Of a stretch of 49,280 bases of DNA, positions 1 through 8,468 are shown in pieces. The notes below the pieces were generated by a model that saw nothing but the letters and a program-made list of their open reading frames with translations, searched no databases and had not been told where the DNA came from. The DNA is from Caloramator sp. Lineage in GTDB: Bacteria > Bacillota > Clostridia > Clostridiales > Caloramatoraceae. The stretch covers positions 1-49,280 of the forward strand of contig JAOADY010000045.1 of NCBI GenBank assembly GCA_026417075.1, written 5' to 3'. Position 1 is the first letter of the stretch. Every line of letters starts with the position of its first letter. The translations under genes and the position numbers were made by a program.

Positions 1-527
1 GCAATCCTTGAAATAGCTTCTATGTCTACAACTTCGAGGGTTGGATTGACCGGGCTTTCAAGATATACAACCTTTGTATTATCCTTCATAGCTTTTTTTA
101 CGTTTTGGGGGTCTGTTGCATCAACAAAAGTTACTTCAACACCATATCTTGTAAGTCCATGGTTTAAGAATGCAAAAGTACAGCCATATAGAGTATCTGA
201 TGCTATTAGGTGATCTCCTGATTTTAAAATTGTCCAAAGAGCTGATGTTATAGCACCAATTCCTGAGCCTGTCGATACCGCAGCTTCTGCGCCCTCTAAA
301 AGTGCTACCTTTTCCTCTACCTGATCATTAGTTGGGTTACCAAGCCTTGTATATATATGTCCACTCTCTTCAAGTGCAAACCTTCTCCCGCCTTGTTCTG
401 CTGAATCGAATATAAATGTAGACGTTTGATAAATTGGAGTTGCAAGGGTTCCTTTATCGTTATGTTCGTATCCTCCATGTATAGCTTTTGTTGCAAATCC
501 CATTTTCTTTAGTTTTTCTTTATCCAT
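1..527 (-). CDS. megL: Methionine gamma-lyase (PLP-dependent Cys/Met metabolism family), 5' part; runs off the window start
   Basis: Not in the ORF track; manual translation from ATG at 527 gives MDKEKLKKMGFATKAIHGG...TPIYQTSTFIFDSAEQGGRRFALEESGHIYTRLGNPT...SGIGAI...DTLYGCT...VYLESPVNPTL. FDSAEQG, YTRLGNPT and LYGCT are MGL-type motifs. RBS GGAGGGG upstream. Confidence 0.88.
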   Translation of the reverse strand, partial: MDKEKLKKMGFATKAIHGGYEHNDKGTLATPIYQTSTFIFDSAEQGGRRFALEESGHIYTRLGNPTNDQVEEKVALLEGAEAAVSTGSGIGAITSALWTILKSGDHLIASDTLYGCTFAFLNHGLTRYGVEVTFVDATDPQNVKKAMKDNTKVVYLESPVNPTLEVVDIEAISRI

Positions 528-573
528 AAATTCCCCTCCAAAAATTCTTGATTTGCTATCAAATTATAATATA

Positions 574-589
574 AGCAAGTTTTATTCCA
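574..589 (-). promoter_or_regulatory. sigma54 (-24/-12) promoter of megL
   Basis: Minus strand reads TGGAATAAAACTTGCT, i.e. GG-N10-GC, about 47 nt upstream of the ATG; a sigma54 activator is encoded nearby. Confidence 0.8.
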
Positions 590-639
590 CTTACTCTTCC
601 CCTTATTTTACACGGGTTTTAGTTTATTTATTATTAATT

Positions 640-709
640 TGTAAATTTTTCGTTCCATATAACATTATTCATGTAAATATTTATTTACATATGGAAATAA
701 ATATTTACA
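640..709. promoter_or_regulatory. Three TyrR-box-like activator sites (TGTAAA-N6-TTTACA)
   Basis: 640-657 TGTAAA.TTTTTC.GTTCCA; 672-689 TGTAAA.TATTTA.TTTACA (perfect); 692-709 TGGAAA.TAAATA.TTTACA. Confidence 0.75.
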
Positions 710-756
710 TTTATATTCTTAGTTACAATTTTTAAATTTTCTTAATTTTTTATACA

Positions 757-2115
757 TTATAAATTTGTCTCATCCTGCCACTTCCAAGGCTTCTTTTTAA
801 TAATTCCATCCGCAAAGGGTATGAATATAGATATTATGGATGAAATAAATAAAAGATGGATATACCATGCAAGAGGTATTACCTCAAAAGGTGATACAAC
901 TCCCTTTGTATAGCTTAATAAAATGAGCATCTGCGCCCCATAGGGTATAATCCCCTGCATAATGCAAGAAAAAGTATCAAGCAAAGAGGCACTTCTTCTT
1001 GGGTCTACGTTATATCTTCTGCAAACTTTTTTTGCTATAGAACCGTTTATTATAATTGCTACGGTATTGTTTGCAACTGCCGCATCTGTCACTGCTACAA
1101 GAGCTGCAATTCCTAATTCAGCAGATTTTCTGCCCTTCATTATTCTTTGTATTTTATCTAATAAAAATTGTATTCCTCCATCCTTTGCTGTCATATGTGC
1201 AAGTCCACCTGTAAGCATGGATAAAAGAAATATATCTATCATTCCTTTAAAGCCTTCAAATATTTGCTGTGCTGCGGATAAAAAAGTTAAGTTCCCGTAA
1301 TATAGCCCTATTATTGTCGATAAAATTATTCCTCCTGTCAAAACTACAAATACATTTACTCCAGATATAGCCATTATAAGAACTAATATATAGGGAAGAA
1401 CTTTTATTATATTAAAATCATAACTTTGCATCATTGGCACTGTTTCCATTCTTCCAAATATAAGAAGAAGAATTAAAGTCAATACAGCTGCTGGAAGAGC
1501 AATATAGATATTTACTTTAAATTTATCCCTCATTTCGCATCCTTGAGTTCTTGTTGCTGCTATTGTAGTATCTGATATTATAGAAAGATTATCACCAAAC
1601 ATTGCACCTCCAAGTACTGCAGCCATCGTTAAAGGCAGGGAAAGCCCTGCTTTTTGTGCTAATCCCACCGCTATCGGCCCTACTGCTACAATAGAACCAA
1701 CCGATGTCCCAGTTGAAAGAGATATAAAACAAGTTATCAAAAACAACCCCGCAATTATAAAATTTGCCGGTATATAAGTAAGTCCTAAATTTACAGTAGA
1801 ATCAACTCCTCCTATAGCCTTTGAAACTGAAGCAAAAGCACCAGCAAGAAGATAAATTAAACACATAATTATAATATTTGAATCTCCACATCCTTTAACA
1901 AAACTATTAAACTTTTCATCTAGGCTTCCATCTTGCAAAACAAATGCAAATATAATTCCTACAAAAGCTGCTACAGGTGCTGGCAATTGATAAAATGCCA
2001 ATTCAACACCTTTTTTTTGGAGAATTATTCCACTTCCTAAATATACTAAAATAAAAATTAAAAAAGGAATTAATGCTTTTGCACTTGATTTTTGTTCTCT
2101 TATATTCTTTTCCAT
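757..2115 (-). CDS. Na+/H+ antiporter NhaC family protein, probable methionine transporter (MetT-like)
   Basis: Multi-TM protein with GTSVGS and GGAMFGDNLSIISDTTIAATRTQG motifs; adjacent to megL. ATG 2115 has RBS AAGGAG, the ORF-track start at 2136 has none. Confidence 0.85.
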   Translation of the reverse strand: MEKNIREQKSSAKALIPFLIFILVYLGSGIILQKKGVELAFYQLPAPVAAFVGIIFAFVLQDGSLDEKFNSFVKGCGDSNIIIMCLIYLLAGAFASVSKAIGGVDSTVNLGLTYIPANFIIAGLFLITCFISLSTGTSVGSIVAVGPIAVGLAQKAGLSLPLTMAAVLGGAMFGDNLSIISDTTIAATRTQGCEMRDKFKVNIYIALPAAVLTLILLLIFGRMETVPMMQSYDFNIIKVLPYILVLIMAISGVNVFVVLTGGIILSTIIGLYYGNLTFLSAAQQIFEGFKGMIDIFLLSMLTGGLAHMTAKDGGIQFLLDKIQRIMKGRKSAELGIAALVAVTDAAVANNTVAIIINGSIAKKVCRRYNVDPRRSASLLDTFSCIMQGIIPYGAQMLILLSYTKGVVSPFEVIPLAWYIHLLFISSIISIFIPFADGIIKKKPWKWQDETNL

Positions 2116-2363
2116 AATTTTCTCCTTATCATCCATATTTTTTATTAAAAATTAATAGTTTTATAATAAACAAATATTCAATATCTTTAAAATATAAATT
2201 TTATAAAAACTCTTATACTTATATATCACAATAGTGTTTTTTTAATCCTATTTAAAAAATACATACAATCATATCTTCCCCCTTTTGTATAACAATATAA
2301 TTTAAATTATTTTTTCTTTTTTTATCCCCCCTCTAATTTTTTATTTATCAGCTATTAAATATA

Positions 2364-2379
2364 AGCAAATTACATTCCA
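2364..2379 (-). promoter_or_regulatory. sigma54 (-24/-12) promoter of the NhaC/MetT gene
   Basis: Minus strand TGGAATGTAATTTGCT (GG-N10-GC), very similar to the megL promoter including the flanking TTGCTTATAT. Confidence 0.8.
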
Positions 2380-2429
2380 AAACATAAATTTTTATTTTAT
2401 TAATAATTTTAATTTTTTCTCAATTATTT

Positions 2430-2501
2430 TGTAAAAATTCAATTACACATGACATTATTTTTATGTAATTAAATTTTTACAATTGAAAACAATACTTTAC
2501 A
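2430..2501. promoter_or_regulatory. Three TyrR-box-like activator sites
   Basis: 2430-2447 TGTAAA.AATTCA.ATTACA; 2464-2481 TGTAAT.TAAATT.TTTACA; 2484-2501 TGAAAA.CAATAC.TTTACA. Confidence 0.75.
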
Positions 2502-2694
2502 AATTTATATTTTTAAATAGATGTTTTTTAAATTATTTTAATTTTCTATAGAATGTTACTTATACATAAATAACCATTAATACATAAATAAAGTTAATTA
2601 TGACACACATATTTTAATTCTTTATATTAAAAATGAAATATTTTTATCTTCAATACTCAATCTTTAAAAATCCTTACTTACATCATAAAACATA

Positions 2695-2739
2695 AAAAAT
2701 CCAGCAGAAAATTTTATAAAAAATTCTGCTAGACTTTTT
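2695..2739 (-). terminator. Probable intrinsic terminator after the sigma54 activator gene
   Basis: AGCAGAA...TTCTGCT stem with A/T tracts on both sides, about 95 nt past the stop. Confidence 0.5.
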
Positions 2740-2831
2740 ATAACACAGATATTAAAATTTACAATTTATTAAAATTTGTAAAATTTTGATGACATTTCAT
2801 AATATTTTTATTTTCTTACTTAAATGTAAAA

Positions 2832-4403
2832 TTACCATAATACACTTCTCAAGTTATATTTATTAACTTTATTTATAAGAGTAGTATGAGATACACCTAA
2901 AGCCTTTGCAGCCTTTCTAAAACTTTTATGCCTTTTAAGAGCCTTTACTATAGCTTCTTTTTCAGCATTTTCAACAACATCATTAAGTTTTAATTCTATA
3001 TCTACATTATATTGGGAAGTTTTTATTTTTTCACTGTTTTTTAAATCAAATATTAGATTTTCAGTAGTTAAAATGTTCCCTTCACAAAGATTCATTCCTC
3101 TTTCAATTATATTTTGTAATTCTCTTACATTTCCCGGCCAATCATATTTCATAAGTTCCTCTAAAAATTTTATATTAGCCCCTGATATTTTTTTACCTAT
3201 TTTCTTATTCAACTTATATATAAAAAAATTAACAAGCAAAGGTATATCTTCAATTCTTTCTCTAAGAGGCGGAATATAAATTGGAACAACGTTTAATCTA
3301 TAATATAAATCCTCTCTAAATAGACCTTTTTCTACCATTTCTTTAAGATTTTTATTAGTTGCCGCAATAATTCTAACATCAACCTTTGTTTCTTTAGTAC
3401 TCCCTATTCTTCTAATTACCCCCTCCTGAAGTACCCTTAAAAGCTTTGCCTGAAGGTTTAATGGTAACTCAGCAACTTCATCAAGAAAAAGCGTTCCCCC
3501 ATCGGCCTTTTCAAATAGCCCCTCCTTTTCACTAACTGCACCTGTGAAACTCCCCTTTTCATATCCAAAAAGTTCGCTTTCAATAAGATTTTCAGGAAAT
3601 GCAGCACAATTAATTGCAACATAACTTTTATCTTTTCTATCGCTAAGATTCCTAACTGCAGAAGCAAAAAGCTCCTTTCCCGTTCCACTTTCTCCCATAA
3701 TAAGTATCGTAGAATTACTCTTTGAAACAGAAAGAACAATTTTTTTAACTCTTTCAATAGCAGGACTATTACCTACTATATTTTTAAAAACATCTTCATG
3801 AGTTCCTTGAACTATGTTAACAAGTTCTATTGCTTTGTCCATATCTTTTATTGATGCAACTACTCCAATAGTTTTGTCCTCATCATCCTTAATAATTCTT
3901 CCAGTTGTAATACAGTGTCCCTCACCTTTTTTATTTTTAAATTTTATTTTTATATTATCAAATCCCTTTCCGTTTTTAACTGAAGATACTAAAGGATTGT
4001 TTTCTCCTATTATATACCTTAAATCTTTTCCAATTACTTCTTCTTTCTTATATTTAAAAACATTTTCACAGTATTTATTAAATATCTCAATTTCAAAATT
4101 TTCATTAGCACTAAGGATTCCTTCATCTACCGAGTTTATAACAGCCAACAACTTTCTTTCATTTCTTTCATGATATAAAAGATCTATTTCTTTTATTGAT
4201 ATAACCTCTTTAATGCTAAGTATGCTGTTTTTAAAATTTGTTTTTGCATAATCATCCATAAGTTCCATTTTAACACATACTTTCTTTGGAAAAACCTCAA
4301 CCGCTTTCAAATCAATTTTTTCATTGTATATTTTTTCAAGAATTTTAAGCGCCATTCCCATTTTATCCTCAGTATAAATTTCGAATCTCGAATATTTTTC
4401 CAC
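2832..4403 (-). CDS. sigma54-dependent enhancer-binding protein, TyrR/PhhR-like architecture (ACT-PAS-AAA+-HTH)
   Basis: Walker A GESGTGKE, ESELFGYEKGSFTGA loop, LFLDEV, FREDLYYRLNV, WPGNVREL, and a TyrR-type HTH KAAKALGVSHTTLINK. Confidence 0.92.
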   Translation of the reverse strand: MEKYSRFEIYTEDKMGMALKILEKIYNEKIDLKAVEVFPKKVCVKMELMDDYAKTNFKNSILSIKEVISIKEIDLLYHERNERKLLAVINSVDEGILSANENFEIEIFNKYCENVFKYKKEEVIGKDLRYIIGENNPLVSSVKNGKGFDNIKIKFKNKKGEGHCITTGRIIKDDEDKTIGVVASIKDMDKAIELVNIVQGTHEDVFKNIVGNSPAIERVKKIVLSVSKSNSTILIMGESGTGKELFASAVRNLSDRKDKSYVAINCAAFPENLIESELFGYEKGSFTGAVSEKEGLFEKADGGTLFLDEVAELPLNLQAKLLRVLQEGVIRRIGSTKETKVDVRIIAATNKNLKEMVEKGLFREDLYYRLNVVPIYIPPLRERIEDIPLLVNFFIYKLNKKIGKKISGANIKFLEELMKYDWPGNVRELQNIIERGMNLCEGNILTTENLIFDLKNSEKIKTSQYNVDIELKLNDVVENAEKEAIVKALKRHKSFRKAAKALGVSHTTLINKVNKYNLRSVLW

Positions 4404-4447
4404 TGTAAAACCACCTTCAAATAACTTATATTTAGGAAATAGGCTTG

Positions 4448-4659
4448 GGGACAGTTCTCTTTTTTATAGGATTTTGAATTTTATAATATGGGGGTTGGGT
4501 TCTAGGGATAATTCATTTTTTTCTATAATTAAAAATAAAATACTTAAAGGCTTTTAATCATAAATTTTATATTTTGATTGATATTCGTACGTATTACAAG
4601 TATTAAAACAATATAATAGCTTGTACTCTTGATTATAGCAAAAATAAATGAACTGTCCC
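4448..4659. repeat. 212-bp non-coding unit bounded by inverted GGGACAGTTC / GAACTGTCCC ends (MITE/REPIN-like)
   Basis: GGGACAGTTC at 4448-4457 and GAACTGTCCC at 4650-4659; same ends and orientation as those flanking the RAYT gene; degenerate internal copy GGGATAATTC at 4505-4514. Confidence 0.65.
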
Positions 4660-4710
4660 TTTTTAGGAAGGTTCATTTATTTTTGATTAAGATAAATAAA
4701 ATCGTATATA

Positions 4711-5424
4711 TTAAAAAAAATTATATTGTGTTGAAAGGTTTAACTCTTCATAGGTACAAAACCCTCTATCGAGAGCTTTTTTTCTTAATTTCAAATAGAG
4801 TTCTGCATTTGTTGCATTTTCATAAGGCATTACAAATATAACTCCTATAATCAATGCCAGTAATCCAAGTATGTACCATCCCATAAAAGATAAATCAAGA
4901 ACAAATATGTTAAACTTTTCTCCCATAGTCATTTGATTACTAAGCTCAACGGCTCTTTTATAACCAATTTGAGGATTATCGGCAAGTATATAAGGAACCA
5001 TTCTGTAGGCATAAGATTTTACAATACCAGGGATTATAAGAAGCAACGTCCATAAAAATAAGAGTATTGCTTTATAAAGCATTGTTCCAAAAACATTTGC
5101 ATAGCCATTTTTAAAAGAAAAGCCAAGATAATTAAAATTTATATCTCCTTCGGCGGCTTTTACAAAGTATTTTCTTCCTCCAACTTCAAGTTGATATCCT
5201 ATAAATATCCTAAATATTATAAAAACGATGCCTATTGTTAATAAAAATTGAGCTACTTCTGGGCTATTGCCTGATATGTTTATTATATCTCTACCAGCAC
5301 TTCCTACATTACCTCTGTTTTCTCCTCCAACTAAAGCAATTATTATACTTATAAGAAGCGCCTGCCAATAATTATTCCTAAGTACAGATTTTGCCTTATC
5401 TTTAAGTTCTTCTCTTGTCCACAT
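4711..5424 (-). CDS. DUF975 family membrane protein
   Basis: MWTREELKDKAK start, LWTLLLIIPGIVKSYAYRMVPYILADNP and LDLSFMGW motifs; RBS AGGAGG. Confidence 0.85.
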   Translation of the reverse strand: MWTREELKDKAKSVLRNNYWQALLISIIIALVGGENRGNVGSAGRDIINISGNSPEVAQFLLTIGIVFIIFRIFIGYQLEVGGRKYFVKAAEGDINFNYLGFSFKNGYANVFGTMLYKAILLFLWTLLLIIPGIVKSYAYRMVPYILADNPQIGYKRAVELSNQMTMGEKFNIFVLDLSFMGWYILGLLALIIGVIFVMPYENATNAELYLKLRKKALDRGFCTYEELNLSTQYNFF

Positions 5425-5478
5425 AAAAACACTCCTCCTATAAAATGAGTAAATTCATATTTATTACATAAATTTAAG

Positions 5479-6048
5479 TTATATTACATATTGCCTTGAC
5501 ATTATTTTTTTAAGATTGTCAAGTAGAAATTTTTTACCTTTATTATTAATAACAACTTTATCATATTCTTTTCCATTAAAACTTGCTCTTATAGTTTCAA
5601 ATCCATACTCAAAGAATTTTTCATTTGTTACTGTAGTTTTTCTACCATGCTCATTTTCTTTTTCACTTAGTATTCCAATTTTTTTAAGGTTCTTGTTAAG
5701 CTCAACTCCTGTAAGGCATTTACTCTTTGTCCTATCAATTACGCTGTTTATACATCTTGAAAATTCATTAACACCTATTTTTTCGTCTGGAAATTTAACC
5801 ATACTTTTTTGTTCAGGAGTTATTATAAATTCAGAGGGTCTACTAACTACAATTTTTTCATCATTTATAAGTTTTTCAAGAGAATTGGCAACATAAAACA
5901 TACACCTTATCATCCTTGGGTCATTCATAAAATTTTCTTCATCTATTGGCTGATTATCCACAGGATTTATCCCATTTGCCATCTTTAAAATAATTTCTTT
6001 AGTCTTTATAAGTTTTTCCCTTTCACCAACCACAACATCATCCCCCAC
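5479..6048 (-). CDS. Hypothetical protein (start may be GTG at 6033)
   Basis: 189-aa soluble ORF with RBS-like GGGGGA before the GTG at 6033; no function recognised. Confidence 0.7.
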   Translation of the reverse strand: MGDDVVVGEREKLIKTKEIILKMANGINPVDNQPIDEENFMNDPRMIRCMFYVANSLEKLINDEKIVVSRPSEFIITPEQKSMVKFPDEKIGVNEFSRCINSVIDRTKSKCLTGVELNKNLKKIGILSEKENEHGRKTTVTNEKFFEYGFETIRASFNGKEYDKVVINNKGKKFLLDNLKKIMSRQYVI

Positions 6049-6216
6049 ATAGCGCTAGAAATATTATACCAAATATTTAGGAAGATTTCTTTAGTGTGAA
6101 ACAAATAATTAAAAAAATTATATATGAAATTATCGCATATATTTCATACCATCGTTGCGACAATTAATTTGTCATGAACTGTTATTTATTTTATTGCACT
6201 TATCATTTGATTTATA

Positions 6217-7533
6217 AGGGACGGTTCACATTTATTCTTGTTTATAAATACAAATTATGCATAACAGTTCCCTCAGTTGGTAATACTTATTTAAGAAGAA
6301 AAATATTATCAAGGGAGTGATTATTATGCCTCGTACCGCACGTAAAAAGACTGCAGACAGTATATATCATATTATGGTCAAAAGCGTAGGAGATACTATT
6401 CTTTTTAGAAAGCCGGAAGACAAAGACGCCTTTTTAGAGATTTTAAAACACTATAAGGATATATTTTTGTTTAAAATCTATGCCTTTTGCCTTATGGATA
6501 ATCATGCTCATTTTATTATCGATGCCAATGGAGCCGACATCTCTAAGTTTATGCATGGAATTAATCAGCGCTATGCTCAGTACTTTAACAAAAAATATAC
6601 GCGTTGCGGCCATGTATTTGCAGATCGATTCAAAAGTATAATTATCAATGATGACAAATATCTTGTCACCCTATCTGGATACATACATAAAAACCCTTTA
6701 GATATTAAAACCTATAGCGATAAAATAGAGGAATACCCCTACAGCAGCCTTGGTATTTATTTAGGACTTTTTAAAGATAAATATGAGCTAATCGATCCTT
6801 ATTTTGTATTGACTCAATTTAGCAATAATATAAATAAGGCAAGAGAACTTTATGTAAAATTTGTAGGTAAATGTAATGACCCTAAGATGAAGGCAATAGT
6901 TGAATTTGAGGGCGACGGAAGCGAGTATAGAAGTGAGAGAAAGATACTTGTTAGAAATTTTAAAGCAGATAAAATATTAGAATTTGTTGCAAACTACGCA
7001 GAATGTATAACTCCTGATGTATTTTATATAAAAGGGAAAAAAGGGACGAAAGAGTATAGAGCTCTATGCATACTTTTGATGCGTTCTTTATGCAATATGA
7101 ACTACAAGGAAATCTGCTCTCTCGCCGGTAACATAACTATATCACAGGTATCATTTCTTTGTTCCGAGGGATTTAACATATTAAAAAACAACCCAAAATA
7201 TAAAAACTTAATAAGGGATTTTATAACTTCTGCAAGCTAAAAATTAATTATATGTCGTTCCACTTATCAAATCCTTTTCTCACTCCAATATAAAAAATTT
7301 TGTATGCCTACATTTTGGACAAACATATACATTGAAAGTCAAATTTTCTTCTATATCAAACAATGCACTCAAAATTCCTCTATTATTATCCTGAGAATGG
7401 AACCTATATTCCTTAGATATTTCATTTGGCATCCACATCTTAAACACTGAAATTTATTTTCCATTAAAATCTCTCCATTTCATAGAAATTTTTGTTATTT
7501 AACCATTTTTGATTAAATAAGTGAACTGTCCCT
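6217..7533 (+). mobile_element. RAYT-type element: HUH/Y1 transposase gene between inverted ends
   Basis: Left end AGGGACGGTTCAC (6217-6229) and right end GTGAACTGTCCCT (7521-7533) are reverse complements at 12 of 13 positions. Confidence 0.7.
6326..7240 (+). CDS. REP-associated tyrosine transposase-like HUH (Y1) nuclease with extra C-terminal helical domain
   Basis: MPRTAR start, IYHIM, AFCLMDNHAH (HUH), GHVFADRFKS, YIHKNP (catalytic Tyr), YPYSSL; about 100 extra C-terminal residues. RBS GGAGTG before ATG 6326 (track start 6317). Confidence 0.9.
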   Translation: MPRTARKKTADSIYHIMVKSVGDTILFRKPEDKDAFLEILKHYKDIFLFKIYAFCLMDNHAHFIIDANGADISKFMHGINQRYAQYFNKKYTRCGHVFADRFKSIIINDDKYLVTLSGYIHKNPLDIKTYSDKIEEYPYSSLGIYLGLFKDKYELIDPYFVLTQFSNNINKARELYVKFVGKCNDPKMKAIVEFEGDGSEYRSERKILVRNFKADKILEFVANYAECITPDVFYIKGKKGTKEYRALCILLMRSLCNMNYKEICSLAGNITISQVSFLCSEGFNILKNNPKYKNLIRDFITSAS

Positions 7534-7536
7534 TTT

Positions 7537-8232
7537 TTATTTATATAAATCTGCTGAAAGTTTTTTTAAAATCTCTTCATCAGCTACTTCATAGCTGCCA
7601 TTATTCTTAATTATTCCCCCTTTGTCTATAAGAATGTTAAAAGTTCTAATAAGGTGCCTATAACTTGTTCCTAAAAGTTCAGAAATCTCCTTCAAATTTT
7701 CATTAATTCTTATAGTAGGCTTCCCATTTAAATCTACTTTTTGGCCAGTAGCAAGTACATAACTTGCCAATCTATTTTCAAGTGGATAAAGAAGATTAAT
7801 AGAACTGTTATTTGAACACTTATCAAGCTTCTCCCCAAGAGAACTGCACATAAATCTTAAAAACTTAACATCATTAAGTAAATGCTTTCGTGCCTTTTCC
7901 ATTGATATTCCAATGCAGTATGTATCCTGTATCGCCTGAACGTTATTAGTAGCCGGTTTTAAGCTCATCATTTCCATATCTCCGATTATTCTAAAATCAT
8001 CATAAAAGCATATTAAAAGAGATTTACCATTGCTCAAAGTTATATAAATCTTTACTTTACCTTCAACAAAGAAAAAAAGATAGGGCACATTTTCTCCTTC
8101 TTTACATATATGCTCATTTCTTTTAAAGTAAAACAATTCCATAAGACATTTTATATCACTATCAAAAATCTCATTAATCCTATGATTTGAAATATATTTT
8201 TCTAATCTTTTATTATCGTTAATTTTAATCAT
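7537..8232 (-). CDS. Crp/Fnr family transcriptional regulator (YeiL-like)
   Basis: cNMP-binding-like N-domain (EGKVKIY...NGKSLLI...IIGDME), LLYPLENRLASY, HTH ISELLGTSYRHLIR. Confidence 0.88.
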   Translation of the reverse strand: MIKINDNKRLEKYISNHRINEIFDSDIKCLMELFYFKRNEHICKEGENVPYLFFFVEGKVKIYITLSNGKSLLICFYDDFRIIGDMEMMSLKPATNNVQAIQDTYCIGISMEKARKHLLNDVKFLRFMCSSLGEKLDKCSNNSSINLLYPLENRLASYVLATGQKVDLNGKPTIRINENLKEISELLGTSYRHLIRTFNILIDKGGIIKNNGSYEVADEEILKKLSADLYK

Positions 8233-8327
8233 AACACATAGCCCTCCGCTTCACTGTATCTTATTTTCATATTTAGAATAAAATACATTAAAATTATTGA
8301 CTTTAAAATCAATATTTTATTTTTTAA

Positions 8328-8343
8328 TATGACATATGTCATA
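8328..8343. promoter_or_regulatory. Perfect 16-bp palindrome, candidate operator of the Crp/Fnr regulator
   Basis: TATGACATATGTCATA, about 95 nt upstream of the regulator start. Confidence 0.6.
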
Positions 8344-8383
8344 CCATATTTCAAGAGCTAAATGATAAATTATTAATATAAGA

Positions 8384-8393
8384 GAACCGTCCC
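8384..8393 (+). repeat. GAACYGTCCC motif copy
   Basis: GAACCGTCCC followed by TTTT, intergenic. Confidence 0.8.
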
Positions 8394-8468
8394 TTTTAAA
8401 ACTTTTCAAATCTTAATCTTGTTAATTTCTTTTTTAATCATAGATTGCAAATACTCCCCAAATAGCAA

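Noticed and set aside
553-735. 60-aa ORF in the megL promoter region; likewise 4629-4841 and 20744-20953
   Set aside because: AT-rich regulatory DNA, TTG starts without RBS, low-complexity translations.
2137-2830. SAM (S-box) riboswitch or T-box expected near Met genes
   Set aside because: No conserved S-box or T-box sequence seen; sigma54 promoters and activator boxes explain the region.
22-4173. Short ORF-track entries opposite or inside real genes (e.g. 22-213, 962-1300, 3073-3279, 3458-3757, 3814-4173) and similar ones across the window
   Set aside because: Antisense or off-frame shadows of well-supported CDSs, with no RBS or recognisable motifs.
6326-7240. Canonical IS200/IS605 element
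   Set aside because: No tnpB, protein about twice TnpA length with RAYT-type motifs, and flanked by inverted 10-13-mers.
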